Origin: Thelocarpon superellum
Lineage: Eukaryota
DNA length: 35,469 bases
Assembly (NCBI GenBank): GCA_026025795.1
Contig: JAPEUG010000157.1
Span: 1 to 35,469, forward strand
Direction of reading: 5' to 3'
Shown here: positions 1 to 12,644 of the stretch, in pieces
Layout: the number at the start of each line of letters is the position of its first letter
Position numbering within the stretch: position 1 is the stretch's first letter
The notes under the pieces: model-generated
The model's input: only the letters and a program-made list of their open reading frames with translations
Databases searched by the model: none
What the model was told of the DNA's origin: nothing
Program-made: the position numbers and the translations under genes

Positions 1-36
1 ATCTCCCTCCATCTCAACACACCCATCACCAAGAGC

Positions 37-914
37 ATGGCAGGCGGAATAGCGAAATACCGACATCTAAGCCGAAGCTCGGCGCACCGACAAGCTCTGC
101 TACGGAATCTAGTCACGTCGCTGATTCGACATGAACATATTCGAACGACGTGGCCCAAGGCCAAAGAGGCACAGCGTCTCGCTGAGAAGATCATCACGCT
201 TGGTAAACGCAACACGGCCGCGAGTCGACGGAGAGCAGAATCGATCTTCTATGTATGTGTATGACACATCTACCTCTACTCTCTCTCTCTCTCCCTCTCT
301 CCGTCACTCTCCCTCCCCCCCCCTCTCTCTCTCCGTCACCCTCCCTCCCATCTCTTTTTCTCCCTCTGCCTCCTCTCCTCTCCTCTCCTCTCCTCGTCAT
401 ATAGAATTCTGGTCCCAAGTCGTGGAGAGAGCTGAGACGAGATGTAACGGAATAGACACCACACGAACTGCTACCAAAACTCTTCGGGCCCCTGCGAGAA
501 CGATACGCCAACCGACCGGGTGGATATACGCGGGTGTTGCGCATGGAGCCGATGAAAGCAGACCAAGCGCCGTCAGCGATTCTGGAACTCGTTGATGGAC
601 CGCGCGATATTCGCTTTGCCATGACTGCGAGGACGCTGGCGAAATTGAGATTGGAGGAGGAGGAGTCGGCAGCACACGAGCAAAAGAAGGACGATTTCGA
701 AGAAGAAGAAGACGAGGCAGGAGGAAGAGAGGGAGGAGGGAGAGAGAAGGGAGAAAAAGAGAAGGGATGGAACGAAATCACTGCACGCAACGTACGGAAA
801 GTCACGCGGTATCGACCAGATGGGGAAGAGGCGCTGCAGAAGCTCGTGAGGAGGTTCGAGAGTCTGGGCGTGGGCTCCCGGTCTCGGGCTGAGGCTGGGT
901 CTTCTTCTCGATAG
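37..914 (+). CDS. MRPL8: Mitochondrial large-subunit ribosomal protein bL17m; exons 37-252 and 456-914, 224 aa
   Basis: L17 motifs RHLSRSSAHRQALLRNLVTSLIRHEHIRTTWPKAKE and LFGPLRERYANRPGGYTRVLR...AILELVDGPRD, joined in frame by intron 253-455 (GTATGT...ATAG). Confidence 0.95.
271..395 (+). repeat. CT-rich microsatellite/low-complexity tract in the MRPL8 intron, with a duplicated CTCTCTCCGTCAC unit and (CTCCT)n
   Basis: Almost pure pyrimidine run seen directly. Confidence 0.85.
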
Positions 915-1077
915 ATGGGGTGGCACCTGTGGATGAGATGAACGGAGAAGGAAGGAAGAGGAGAAGTTGTATTAAGTACATGGAACAAAATCGAATCGAT
1001 CGAAGGCAATCACTCGTTTGCCTTGTCTCGCCAGCGCTTTTCTCTAGTCCGTCCCGTCCTGGCAGCAGTCGAATCAG

Positions 1078-2486
<1,409 letters not shown>

Positions 2487-3986
2487 GGATGACCGTTTTC
2501 AGATGGATCCAAGGTAGGATTGACGTCTGCGGTGGATTTGGCTCGTCAAGGACGAGGTTGAGTCCGAGGCACGGTACAGGCGATGCTCCGGGTGACTGGC
2601 GAGGTACGTGGCAACGCTGCCCTGGTGACCGTAGATGAAGAAATGGTCGTATTCACGTATTATTGAACAGGTGAGATGGTAGGATTACAACTTCTTCATC
2701 ATTTGAGGGATCTCCCGGTAAACTGCCTGCAGCACTCCCTACGACATGATGCGTTGCTGTGACTTAGCTCCGTCATTCCTAGCTCGGGGGCTCAGCGGTG
2801 CGAAGTAGCAGACGAAGAAACCAGATTTACCGTGCCAGTCACTAGCGAAGTAAGGCGACGAGAGCCCATCGAGTGCCGTCCGCTTACCAGGACGGGTACG
2901 AGTACGAGCACGAGCGTACCGCCTCGCTTCCCCAACCAAGAACCGGGATGCACGCATCACGTCTTATGAATTTGGTGACGTAAGAACAGCGCTGGGACCA
3001 ATACCAAGACCCCGAGAACTTATTAAGTCCCGACCTTAGCGACGGCATGGAGCGAGAGATGGCAAGGTGCACGTAAATAGATGAAGCCGATGACTTCTCT
3101 TGGCTCTCTCCACGAACAGTCTGAGTGGTGAGAACGATAAAGTTGAGTACATAGACAACTGAGCGAATTGACAAGGCTCGCAATCCGCAGTCCGCAGTCT
3201 TTGCCCGTGGTCCGCCTCGATCTGAATCGACCCAAGCAGAGCACCTACTACGCCTCACATTCGCTCCCTATCAGAAAATATGATCAAAGCATCTAGATCT
3301 GCCGAGGAAACCTTATTAGTACGATTCAGGTATCGGTCCGCTATTATCGTCCGCTCCGAGGTCCGCCCTTGGTGATTCACCCAAAGCTCGGACGGATACA
3401 GGGATATGCGCGATGCATGACGAGCTTATGAGGCTTTGTCCAGGCCCCTAATCTGATGCTTGTATGGTATAGCAGATGTTAGTCACGTTCTGCCATGCGA
3501 TACCACAAGCACGCCCCCCAATCTACCACGCCAGCTGCCGCGCGCCTGGTTCATAATATCTACCGCATACGCAGGATGATCACCTACCAGGGTGCTGCGG
3601 CAACGGCGCGGAAGCTGTGGCCTGACGACGATCGAGGACACCGATGCGCGAGAATGCGGATATCAACTGTCTCTTCCTCCCCCTACCCCCATGCTCTGCT
3701 GGGATAAGTGCTCGTCAGCTCCTCCTCGGATCAATCTTTTGCGGCTTGCGTGACTAGCACGCTTTAGCCGTCTAGCTTTCTCAATGCCTCGCGGTTTCCT
3801 GTATATCTCTCGAGAGGCGTGTTCCTCGAAGGGGGCGTGGGATGTGCCTCGACCTTGCCCTCCCAGAGTCGGACCCGGTGTCTCTCACCCTCGTCGATAC
3901 ATAGTCTCCCTCCCACGCTCCCACGCTCCCACACGTCGAAGTTGTCTCCACATTCTCTATCGCTATCTAGCTACCTAGCTACCAAG

Positions 3987-4349
3987 ATGCCGTCCCTCGT
4001 TCTCCGCAACGGCTTCGTCGCAGTCTTCACCTCGCTCATGCTTGTTTTTATCGCCTCCTTCCTCGTCTTTGTCGCCGCCGACCCGATGCCTCAATTCGGA
4101 GTCACCAACCTGACGCTCGCGACTATGGATACGGATAACGGAAAACATGCGCCTGCACCAGACATGGACAATTCAGAAGAGGATGGCGACGACGTGCAGG
4201 GCATCTGCCAGATCAAGTGCGACTACAATACTTCTACAGCCGTTCATGTCTGTGAGGGTGTCGAGGTCGGAGCTACCATTCCCCTTCACTTGGGCGATCT
4301 TTGCAATGCCACCGCCGTTTCTCACCCCGACGGAACCTTCGAACGCTAG
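3987..4349 (+). CDS. Small putative secreted protein, 120 aa, 4 Cys, no recognised family
   Basis: ATG in CCAAG-ATG context after a CT-rich leader; hydrophobic N-terminus ending FLVFVAA-DP; N-x-S/T sequons NLT, NTS, NAT; codons look coding-like (many C-ending). Confidence 0.6.
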   Translation: MPSLVLRNGFVAVFTSLMLVFIASFLVFVAADPMPQFGVTNLTLATMDTDNGKHAPAPDMDNSEEDGDDVQGICQIKCDYNTSTAVHVCEGVEVGATIPLHLGDLCNATAVSHPDGTFER

Positions 4350-4589
4350 GCAGTGAGAAGAGGGTTCAAGCATAGGCTGACCAGGCACCAATCATTGACC
4401 AAGCGGCGTTGTTCCGTGTCGGCAGACTGTCCTCCGATCTCACCATCACGCAAAACCGCCTCCCTGGCTGTTGAGTCGGCTCCATAATCATGCGCTGTCT
4501 TCACTGTCGTCAATTTCTCAACACTCATTCCTTCATTCGTTCAATCAAATCGATTCTCTCTGGACATGGCCTTCTATCCATTCATGCTA

Positions 4590-4615
4590 AATCAATCAAT
4601 CAATCAATCAATCAA
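4590..4615 (+). repeat. (AATC)6 microsatellite
   Basis: aatcaatcaatcaatcaatcaatcaa seen directly. Confidence 0.9.
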
Positions 4616-5168
4616 CTCTCAAGTCACCTACAACATACCAGCACTCATCAACCACACCTGATGTCCCGATCATGAGGCAGCATCAAAGCATGCACGCAGG
4701 CACGCATACGCACAAAACGGTGGTCGCATTCCCATCATCACGTGAGGCATCAGCGTCCACAGCATTCGACATTAGCAAGGTAGGGCAGAGGAAGCAAGGG
4801 GAAATGGGCGAGAGGGGTAGTTGAAAGACGGGAGGGGAACATGTCAGGAGATAAAAGTCAAAGGTGAAAATCAAGCGACAGGAAACACATCAGACAATGG
4901 GAGAAATTCATTTCGGGAATTTTGAACGAGGATCCTGAAGAACCGTGGCTCACGTTCGTCGGTCGTCTGGGGTCCAGGCGGAGAGGGCATGTGCAGGTGT
5001 AGGTGCGCGCGCAGGGGGAAGAAGCGTGCTGGTTCAGCGGCAAAGGTCATGATCACGCTTCATTCATGTCGAATCGTTTGAGAGAGCATCCATCCATTCA
5101 CCTGTCAACCAACCAAGTCGCCAACCAATTCACCCGGTTGCACGCGCTAATTCGCTGGCTCCGTCCTC

Positions 5169-6995
5169 CTACAACTCTTCCTTGCTCGCGGTCGATGACG
5201 CGGCTTCAGGCGGTTGGTTGCTGAGCGGGCTATGCACCGTGTTCTTCTCAACCGTATCAGGCGCTGGCGTGAAGAGTTTCTCGGGCACGGCCGAGGCAGG
5301 CAAGGTGTCCGGGATCTGAGCCAGCGGAATGGTCGAGGACGACGACGTCGTGCTGTCATTGGCCTTTGGCGTATCGTCTGTGCTTCCGGCTTGCTCATGG
5401 CTCGCCGCCTCGTCCTCGGCCGTCGTATGGCCCTGACCCACCTGCGCCGCCAGATCGCGGTCCTCGTCGTCATGGTCAAACATCTCCGTGTCGGTGGTAT
5501 TGCTGTCGGTCAAGAGACCGCCCGCATCGCCCAAGAGGATGACACGACCGCCTTGGTTCGGCAGATTTCGCGAGCGCTGCTCGAGATCGGCCTCGTAGTC
5601 ATCACTATCCTCGAATCGATGATGCACGCCCGGTCCGCGGAATTCAGCTGTGTGACGGCGCGATATCAGCCTCCATCGCCGGGCCCAGGTCTGCGCGACG
5701 CAACTTGCCGTACTCTGGCGGCGCGCACGGTCCATCGCCATTGGCCACTCGCTTGCCGATCTCCTCATACCACTCCTCCTTGGTCTTGCCGTGCAGGAGG
5801 CCGATGATGATCATCGTCATGTTGTCGCAGCCCACACCGCCCGTCTCACTGTTCGATGCCAGGCAGTTGTCCATCATGTTCTCGCAGATGCGCGACAGCT
5901 CCTGCTTTGCCGCGATGCCTCGTCGAACAAACTCCACCACGGCTTGCGAGGACTGGCAATCCCAGATGCCTGTAGAGGTCAGCGTGCTGGCGCGCCCCGA
6001 ACACTGCCGCCCGTCCTCATCATACCGTCACAGGCGATCACCAGGAACTCATCATTGCCCGAGATGTCGTGCTCCGTCACATCGGGATAGGCCGTCACGA
6101 TCTGCGCCTCGGGGGACAGGTCGGCCGATTTCTTGAACTCAAAGTCGCCGATGGCACGCGACAAGGCCAGGTTGCCATTGACGCGTCCGAAGTCGACAAA
6201 GCCGCCCGCTGCGGTGATGCGTGCTTTTTCACCTGACTTCGTGTCAGCCATGTGCCGGCGATGCGTCGCTCGCAGCTTTCGTACCCTCGTTCTGGGGCTT
6301 GTGGTCAAAGGAGAGCGGTTTTGCGCGGCCCTTGATGCCGAGCACAGATCGCGAGTCCCCGGCATTTGCCTGGACCGTCAGCTGGGTTGGTCCAATCCAC
6401 CCGTGAACGAGGGCCATACCACGTAGATCTTATCGTGGGTGATGATGCCCACCGACGCCGTGCACCCGGACACCTCCTCCTCATATCGAGGATCTAGCCC
6501 GGGGGTCAGCGGCCGAAACGTGACCAGGGCACCTGCTGCGCTCACTCACCGTTCAAGATGGCGCGGTCCGTGGCGAGGAAACCGTCTTTCAACGCCTGCT
6601 CCAGATGCCCCTGCTTGAAGGCTTCCTGGTTCGCAATAATCTTGTGGATATTTTCGCCGGCGAACAACGCGACCTTGTCCCCACCGTGACCGTCGTACAC
6701 GCCAAAGAAACTTAACCGCGCCTCGGCGTTGGCGGCCTTGAACGTGCCGGCAGGATCCTCAGCCTGGAGATCCAAGACGGTGGCATGCGCGTCCTCCATG
6801 GTAATACGCCACCCCTGCATGGCAGAGACACCATAGAAGACTCGCTCATCTTCGCCATGGCCTGAGATCTGTCGGCCAGGTCAGCACGGGTCGGGCGAGG
6901 CGTCGCATATCGGCGAGGTCACCAGGTTCCCTGGGAGCGGGGACGTTTGTCTGACGCACCTTCTCTACGACCGGCTCCGATAGAGTCTGACCCAT
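5169..6995 (-). CDS. PTC2: Type 2C protein phosphatase of the Ptc2/Ptc3 class; exons 6995-6960, 6868-6550, 6493-6420, 6369-6285, 6232-6026, 5969-5709, 5647-5169, 486 aa
   Basis: [13 protein letters not shown]-terminus (myristoylation-type), [55 protein letters not shown]; six introns, the last one GC-AG. Confidence 0.95.
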
Positions 6996-8435
6996 GACGT
7001 GGTCGTCTTAACGAGGGAATCTAGCGACTCGACAGCTCGACGGCGACAGTCCAATCCGATAACAGCGTGGGTGGAGGTGATGATTGAGGGGGATTGGGAG
7101 GGGACGGAATCGAGTTGGCGGGGCTGTGGCGCCGTAATCGATCCGGCGCAAGGAGGCCGCGCACGGTGCGAAGCTCAGATGGAACACAAAGACAAACCGT
7201 TGCACGACGCGAGGGAAAGGCGAGGACACGAGGCAGCCAGAAGGGACTGCGTCGGTTAGGGGTCGAGATGCAGGTGCAGAAGGAGGCAGATCTTGTCGCG
7301 TGCGAGCAAAGATGAGGCCACGGGCGAACAGTGGGTTGATGACGGAGGCTGAACGATGGGCCGGTCGTAGTAGTGCGCACGCACGAGTAATGGCAAGAGC
7401 GCGCGTTGCTGATACGGCGAGTTGTGCGGCACTGCCATCGAGCTGCTCTCTGCCGGGCTACCTGCAAGACGCACGGTTACTGCTCGCTCGCAGTACTGCT
7501 CACTACCGTATCCGAACTCCTTGTCTACGTCCTCACTTGGGCGCTGGCTGGACGGAAAGGGCACAGCGTGGATGATCCTCAGCCACGACCACGACCATTT
7601 TCCTTTCGAGCACACATCCGGGCGGATCTCGGCCCCAGGTTTGCCCATCACGAGGGATCGGAGGGGCTCCCCTCCTGACCGTGCCTGGCCGCCGGCGCTG
7701 ATTTCGGTGCCGCGCCCGGCCGAACCCACCTGCGTGGGCCCGTCAGAGTCATCGACCAGGTACGGTACGAAGGACGAGTAGCGCTCCGAGTTTTCGCGGT
7801 GTCGTGGCTAGTCGCGGATGAGTAAACAGAGGCGGCTGCGAGCGTGCCCGTGAGTCCTCCGTGCGATAGTCCTTCAGTGGATCGTCCGGGTAGCCAGCGT
7901 TAGTCGAGGGCGATAGGGTCCGGTCCCCTAGTAGGTACCATACGAAGTTCACGGACAGCCACTTTCATGAAAGACAGGCCTGGCCATGATGAAGCTCCAG
8001 CCTGAAACTACCCACTGTCCACGTTGCTTCATGAACGCGAATGTGACAGGACGTGTGCTACTGGATAGCGAACGCAACGTGCCGTCACCGTGGACATGGC
8101 CACGACGAGTTTGGCTGAAGCCAAGGCGGATAACATGCGCCGCTGCCTGGACTAACCCGGAGCACTCGGCAACTGCCAGCCGTGAAGGTGGCAGATCTGC
8201 TGGACCCTCGAAATCCTTCCGCCGATGACGCAAATCCGCCGTAGCGCCTCGGCTGGCGCCCCCACCAGTTCGAGCCGAACGTGACTTACAACAGTTCGCC
8301 TCGCACCAAAATGCCGTTCGAGGCACCGCCAGTCCTAACCCACCTCACGCCATCTTCCACGACACATTCGGTGCCACGATCGTCGGAATCAATTACTAAG
8401 GTACGGTCGGTCAAGATTAACTGGTACAGAAGCCG

Positions 8436-11318
8436 CTAGATAAAGGCCGTCGATGCCTCCCGGCTTTCCAACTGTCGATGCCCCTCATCCTCGACGCTGA
8501 TGGGCCGTTGGGGTTTGAAGTCCACCAGCCGCGGCGAGTACATGCTGGACGTGTCGTTGGACACGCGCGACCCGACCAGCGGTAGGCCCAAGGGCGCATT
8601 CGCCCGAAACATGGTCACCGGAACGGCAAAGGCGAGCCCAGCTTCTTCGCCGCCCCCGGCCTCCGGGCTGTGGCGTGGTGTGTCGGCCGAGGGGGTGCCG
8701 TTGCGCTCCTCGTCGCCCGCAGGCTGCTGATACCACCGTCGATTGCCATCGGCGTCGCGAGCTTCCATGAACCGGCCGCCCTGGTGGAAGGACATGGACG
8801 GGCGCGATCCCGTCGTCGACCCCAGTCGGCCCGTCACACGGCTGACCTCACGGCACAGGCGCGTCAGATCCTCGCTGAGACGCGATCCAACGCTTTGCGA
8901 CATGAGCCCGCTGCTGCCATGTCGTCGCTCCCTTATCGACGACGCTTGACTGTCGAGCCCCGCGTCGGATGTGAGCTGGCGGAAGAAGTGTTCTACTGAC
9001 ACTGTCCTCGTGCTAGCCTCGCCCGACGTGATCCCGAGCGCGTTGGGTGAAGGTGACCCTTGCGGATGAGCGCGTCGCCCTGATGCCCGTTGCGATCCAC
9101 CGAACAAGGGAGACGGCCCTTGTCGGTCACCATATCGCTCGCGTCGGCTAGCAGAGATGCGCGACGGGTCGAGCGTCGGCTCTGGGCTCGTGACGATGCG
9201 GATGGTGGACGCTCGCGGTAAGGGAAAATGGTCGAGTAACTCTGTTGACGGCGAGCGTGAGCTCTCGTCACTGCTCTGGATCGTCGTCCAGGTTTGTCGT
9301 TCCGACGTGATGCCCGAGAGACGTGAGTACCCTGACCCGATCTGACTCAGACGGCGTCGCTCGTCCACTCGGCCATCCGCCACGCTCCTCGGACGATCCC
9401 GCGCCCGCCCTATGCTGGCGCTGGAGAAACGGCGGAGGAGCGGCGTCGGGCGCGTCTTCGAGAGCTTTCGAGCGGGAGACTTGTCCGGGATCGGTGGGGG
9501 CGACGGGGCCGGGGGGGTGCGGAGCGAGAAGTTGATGGGCGGCCGTGAGGCGTTGAAGCCCTCGAGCGGCGATCGGCCGAATATTTCGGGATCCGACGTG
9601 GCCACGCCGATCTGCAAGTTCGGGTTTGAGTTGACATCAAGTGAGATGTGGTGCGTCGGTAGGGGGCTCGCTGGCGCCGACCACATCACGCTCCAGGTGC
9701 GCAGCTGCGGCAAGGTGGGCGGCGATTCTTTCTCTTGTCCGTCCGACGCCACCATCGACGCCGTGTCCGAGTCGGGCGGAAAGGGCTCATAAGCTGGCGT
9801 CGGTCGAGAGATCTCGCCGAGCCCGGATCGGTACCCTTGTCTCTCACGTCTCCGCCGACATTGGCGCAGACCACAGAGCGCGAGCACAGCGCACAGTATC
9901 ACGATGGGCACCACCGATGCCACCACCACCACCGTGCTCTTGGCGAGACCCGTAGCAGCTGCCGCGCTCGTACTCGTGGCCATGCTGCTCGGCACGACGG
10001 ACGAAGGCGGCGCCGTCCGCGGCGTGGGCGAGGACATGGACGAGGTAGTATCATTCCGAGGCGCCAGGCTGGCCATCACCTGGATCAGGAATGTCTCCGA
10101 TCCGGTCAGGTTGGCAGACGGCGCGCTGGTCCGGACGGTGACCGTGATGTTGCCCGGGACCACGCTTTCCGGGACGTCGCCGCTCCATTGGAGCGCGCTT
10201 GAGTCAAATTGAATCCACGGGACAAAGGGCTCAGTAGAAGAGGTGACGTTGGCGTCCGACTTGCCGAGCAATGACGCGTCTAGTTCGTATTGGAATGGAT
10301 GGCCGACGATGGCATAAGTATTGGGAATAGGCCCGAGAAAGAGGCTCGTATGAACGCGGACACTGATCAGAGCTTGTGCCACATCCCCGTGGGAATCCGT
10401 CGCAGTGACGGTGAAATTCTGCGTGGATGCGTTCTGCGGCGCGGTGCCTGTCACATCGCCGGTTGAGGCATCGAAACTCATCCATCCAGGCACCTGCGCG
10501 TCAAGGCCCTGCAAGTCCGCCCTTGCCACCGCGTGACCATCGAGGCGGAGCTCGCTCGTGAGATTGGTGATGTTCAGTGTCCCACCCGCGTTCACGTCCA
10601 CCGCCTGAGTCGTTTGTTGGAACGCAAATTCATGCTCGTCCACGATCAATTGGAAAGACGCCGTGGAACCCGCAAAGCCCACCACATCCGAGGCCGTCAG
10701 GAGAATGGCCGCTGTCTCTGCTGGAGTCGGAGGTGAAGGCGCGGGGGGCGTTGTCCCAGAGAACTGGAGATTGCTCCCCACAAAGACGATCCAGGATGGC
10801 AAGGGCGTATTGTCCGCAGACACGGCATAGTACGAGAGATTGCCGCCCGGGTTCGTGAATGTGTCCGAGGCAAAAGTGAAATTGAAAGGCGACGACGGGT
10901 ACAGCAAGAGACTACTCGGAGACGCCTGCGGCCCCAAGGAAGCGAGTTGCTTCTCCAGCGGCTTCTGCAGCGCCGGGCCCGGGGCACTCGAGACGAGAAA
11001 GGTGACCTGCATATCCGTTGTGCCGCTGTCATCCTGAGCGCTCAAGGTGACGTTGCTCGGTCCGACGTCCTGCAAGCTGGGCGTCCCGGAAAAGGTTCGG
11101 CTCGGTCCGTCGAGTTGTAGCCATGGAGGGGCGTTGCTGAGGTTGTACTGGAGGGCGCCCAAGGTCGTGGTAAAGGTTGACGCGGAGAAGGTGAAATGGT
11201 AAGGGTTCGCGACGCGGCCTACAGGCGGCACCTGAGCATTGACCGGCAGGGCCGCCTGTGGATTACCCATGACCTGCGTCGTCGACGCAAGAAGTTGAAG
11301 AAAGATGACGGCGTTCAT
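8436..11318 (-). CDS. AXL2: Axl2-like polarity landmark, type I membrane protein with cadherin-like (CADG/He_PIG) repeats, 960 aa, single exon
   Basis: Signal peptide; PVNAQVPPVGRVANPYHFTFSASTF; repeated PxWL...FSGTP units; Ser/Thr stalk; TM segment VVVVASVVPIVILCAVLALC followed by RRRR; long S/P/R-rich cytoplasmic tail. Confidence 0.88.
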   Translation of the reverse strand: MNAVIFLQLLASTTQVMGNPQAALPVNAQVPPVGRVANPYHFTFSASTFTTTLGALQYNLSNAPPWLQLDGPSRTFSGTPSLQDVGPSNVTLSAQDDSGTTDMQVTFLVSSAPGPALQKPLEKQLASLGPQASPSSLLLYPSSPFNFTFASDTFTNPGGNLSYYAVSADNTPLPSWIVFVGSNLQFSGTTPPAPSPPTPAETAAILLTASDVVGFAGSTASFQLIVDEHEFAFQQTTQAVDVNAGGTLNITNLTSELRLDGHAVARADLQGLDAQVPGWMSFDASTGDVTGTAPQNASTQNFTVTATDSHGDVAQALISVRVHTSLFLGPIPNTYAIVGHPFQYELDASLLGKSDANVTSSTEPFVPWIQFDSSALQWSGDVPESVVPGNITVTVRTSAPSANLTGSETFLIQVMASLAPRNDTTSSMSSPTPRTAPPSSVVPSSMATSTSAAAATGLAKSTVVVVASVVPIVILCAVLALCGLRQCRRRRERQGYRSGLGEISRPTPAYEPFPPDSDTASMVASDGQEKESPPTLPQLRTWSVMWSAPASPLPTHHISLDVNSNPNLQIGVATSDPEIFGRSPLEGFNASRPPINFSLRTPPAPSPPPIPDKSPARKLSKTRPTPLLRRFSSASIGRARDRPRSVADGRVDERRRLSQIGSGYSRLSGITSERQTWTTIQSSDESSRSPSTELLDHFPLPRASTIRIVTSPEPTLDPSRISASRRERYGDRQGPSPLFGGSQRASGRRAHPQGSPSPNALGITSGEASTRTVSVEHFFRQLTSDAGLDSQASSIRERRHGSSGLMSQSVGSRLSEDLTRLCREVSRVTGRLGSTTGSRPSMSFHQGGRFMEARDADGNRRWYQQPAGDEERNGTPSADTPRHSPEAGGGEEAGLAFAVPVTMFRANAPLGLPLVGSRVSNDTSSMYSPRLVDFKPQRPISVEDEGHRQLESREASTAFI

Positions 11319-11887
11319 GCTGCATCAGGCTGGCCAACCTGTCCAACATGAGCCTCTCGCCACTGCGTCAATGCCTCTTCGTCAGGATCTGTCTTACCGC
11401 ACGCCAATATGGCGAAGCCACCCTGCTCGCCGAGCGAATGGTACAAGAAACCGCCACGCATGGAGGGAGCTCACTCTCAAAAGGTATCGATGGGGTTGTA
11501 GAAAAATCCGACGAAGCGAAGATTTGGGACGACTGCGGGAGGGCATGGGTGTGAAGCTGGACTATCAGGGGCCGCGGGCGCTGACGAGTGCATTTTCATC
11601 GCGCGGGAATGAAGGGCGACGCGTTACGCTGCACCCTTGCGCGAGGCCCCCATTCCTAAATAAGGGCTCCTCAGATGAGATCGAACGGCGAGGGGATGTA
11701 CAGGAGGCTGATGAGCGTGCCAATCAATACTCAGCCCTCGAGCAAGACGGGAAAGACGGGCGAGACATGCAAGGGGCCCACACGACAATAACAACCGCGG
11801 CCGGAGCCGGGGCCGGGGCCGGGAGGCGAATGTGCATTGCCACGAGCTGGCACATAGCATAATTTAGAAGACTCCGGCTCGCAGGGC

Positions 11888-12376
11888 TCAGGTTGGTCTC
11901 TCGAGTGCGAGGATCATTTTCAGTCCGGTCCGGCCAGGTCCATAGTAGTTCTCCACGCACTGGACGACCTCGAAGCCGCAGGCGTCGTACAGGCATTTAG
12001 CAGGTGCCCGTGCTTCGTCCACCCAGAGCTGGACCTGGGTGCAGCCTTGGTCGAGGAGGGTCTGATGTAGATGGTGGAGCATCAGCTTCGCCAGCCCTCG
12101 TCGACGGAAGGACTCTACCACGCAGAGCTTGTGGAGCAACGCGAGCCTCCTGTTCCGGGCATAGATCAGATAGGCGACGACGTCCGCCTGCACACTTTGC
12201 TCCCCTTGAGCCAAGAGAAGGACGGTGTTGCGTTTCTTGAGTTCGTTGTCAAGATCCAAGGCTTCGTTTGTTGGGAACGTCTTCCGCTCGATCAACTTGA
12301 TGGCTTGGAGGCAGTTCAGCCTCTGCTTTGGGCTGAAGCTTGAAAGTGGTCTGAACTGGACAGGTGGAGAATCCAT
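11888..12376 (-). CDS. GNAT-family (RimI/Ard1-like) N-acetyltransferase, 162 aa
   Basis: Motif A LCVVESFRRRGLAK, LWVDEARAPAKCLYDACGF, ENYYGPGRTGLKM. Confidence 0.88.
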   Translation of the reverse strand: MDSPPVQFRPLSSFSPKQRLNCLQAIKLIERKTFPTNEALDLDNELKKRNTVLLLAQGEQSVQADVVAYLIYARNRRLALLHKLCVVESFRRRGLAKLMLHHLHQTLLDQGCTQVQLWVDEARAPAKCLYDACGFEVVQCVENYYGPGRTGLKMILALERPT

Positions 12377-12644
12377 TTTCAGTCCTTTGTGCCTTTACCA
12401 TCCTGTGCTCGTCCGAGGCTCCCGACCGGACAAGCGAAGCTGGGTAGTGTAGAGGTTGGTAGAAGCGGGTCGGGATTTGAGGGCCTCATGGCTTTGTGCG
12501 TTGCACTTTCCCCATTGGCGATAACTACCGCGCTTGACGAGGTCGCCATCCTTCCCGCCAGCTATCATCCTCATCGACAAGATTCATGAAGATGCATGGG
12601 GCAAAGTGGTAGGATCGTTGCGTCTAGTAGTCTAAGATCCAGCC

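Noticed and set aside
3415..3459. ATGACGA...CTGA with a short terminal stem (C/D snoRNA-like)
   Set aside because: Only about 45 nt, with an imperfect C box and no recognisable guide.
5169..5183. PTC2 C-terminus KEEL resembling an ER-retention signal
   Set aside because: There is no signal peptide; Ptc2/3 phosphatases are cytosolic.
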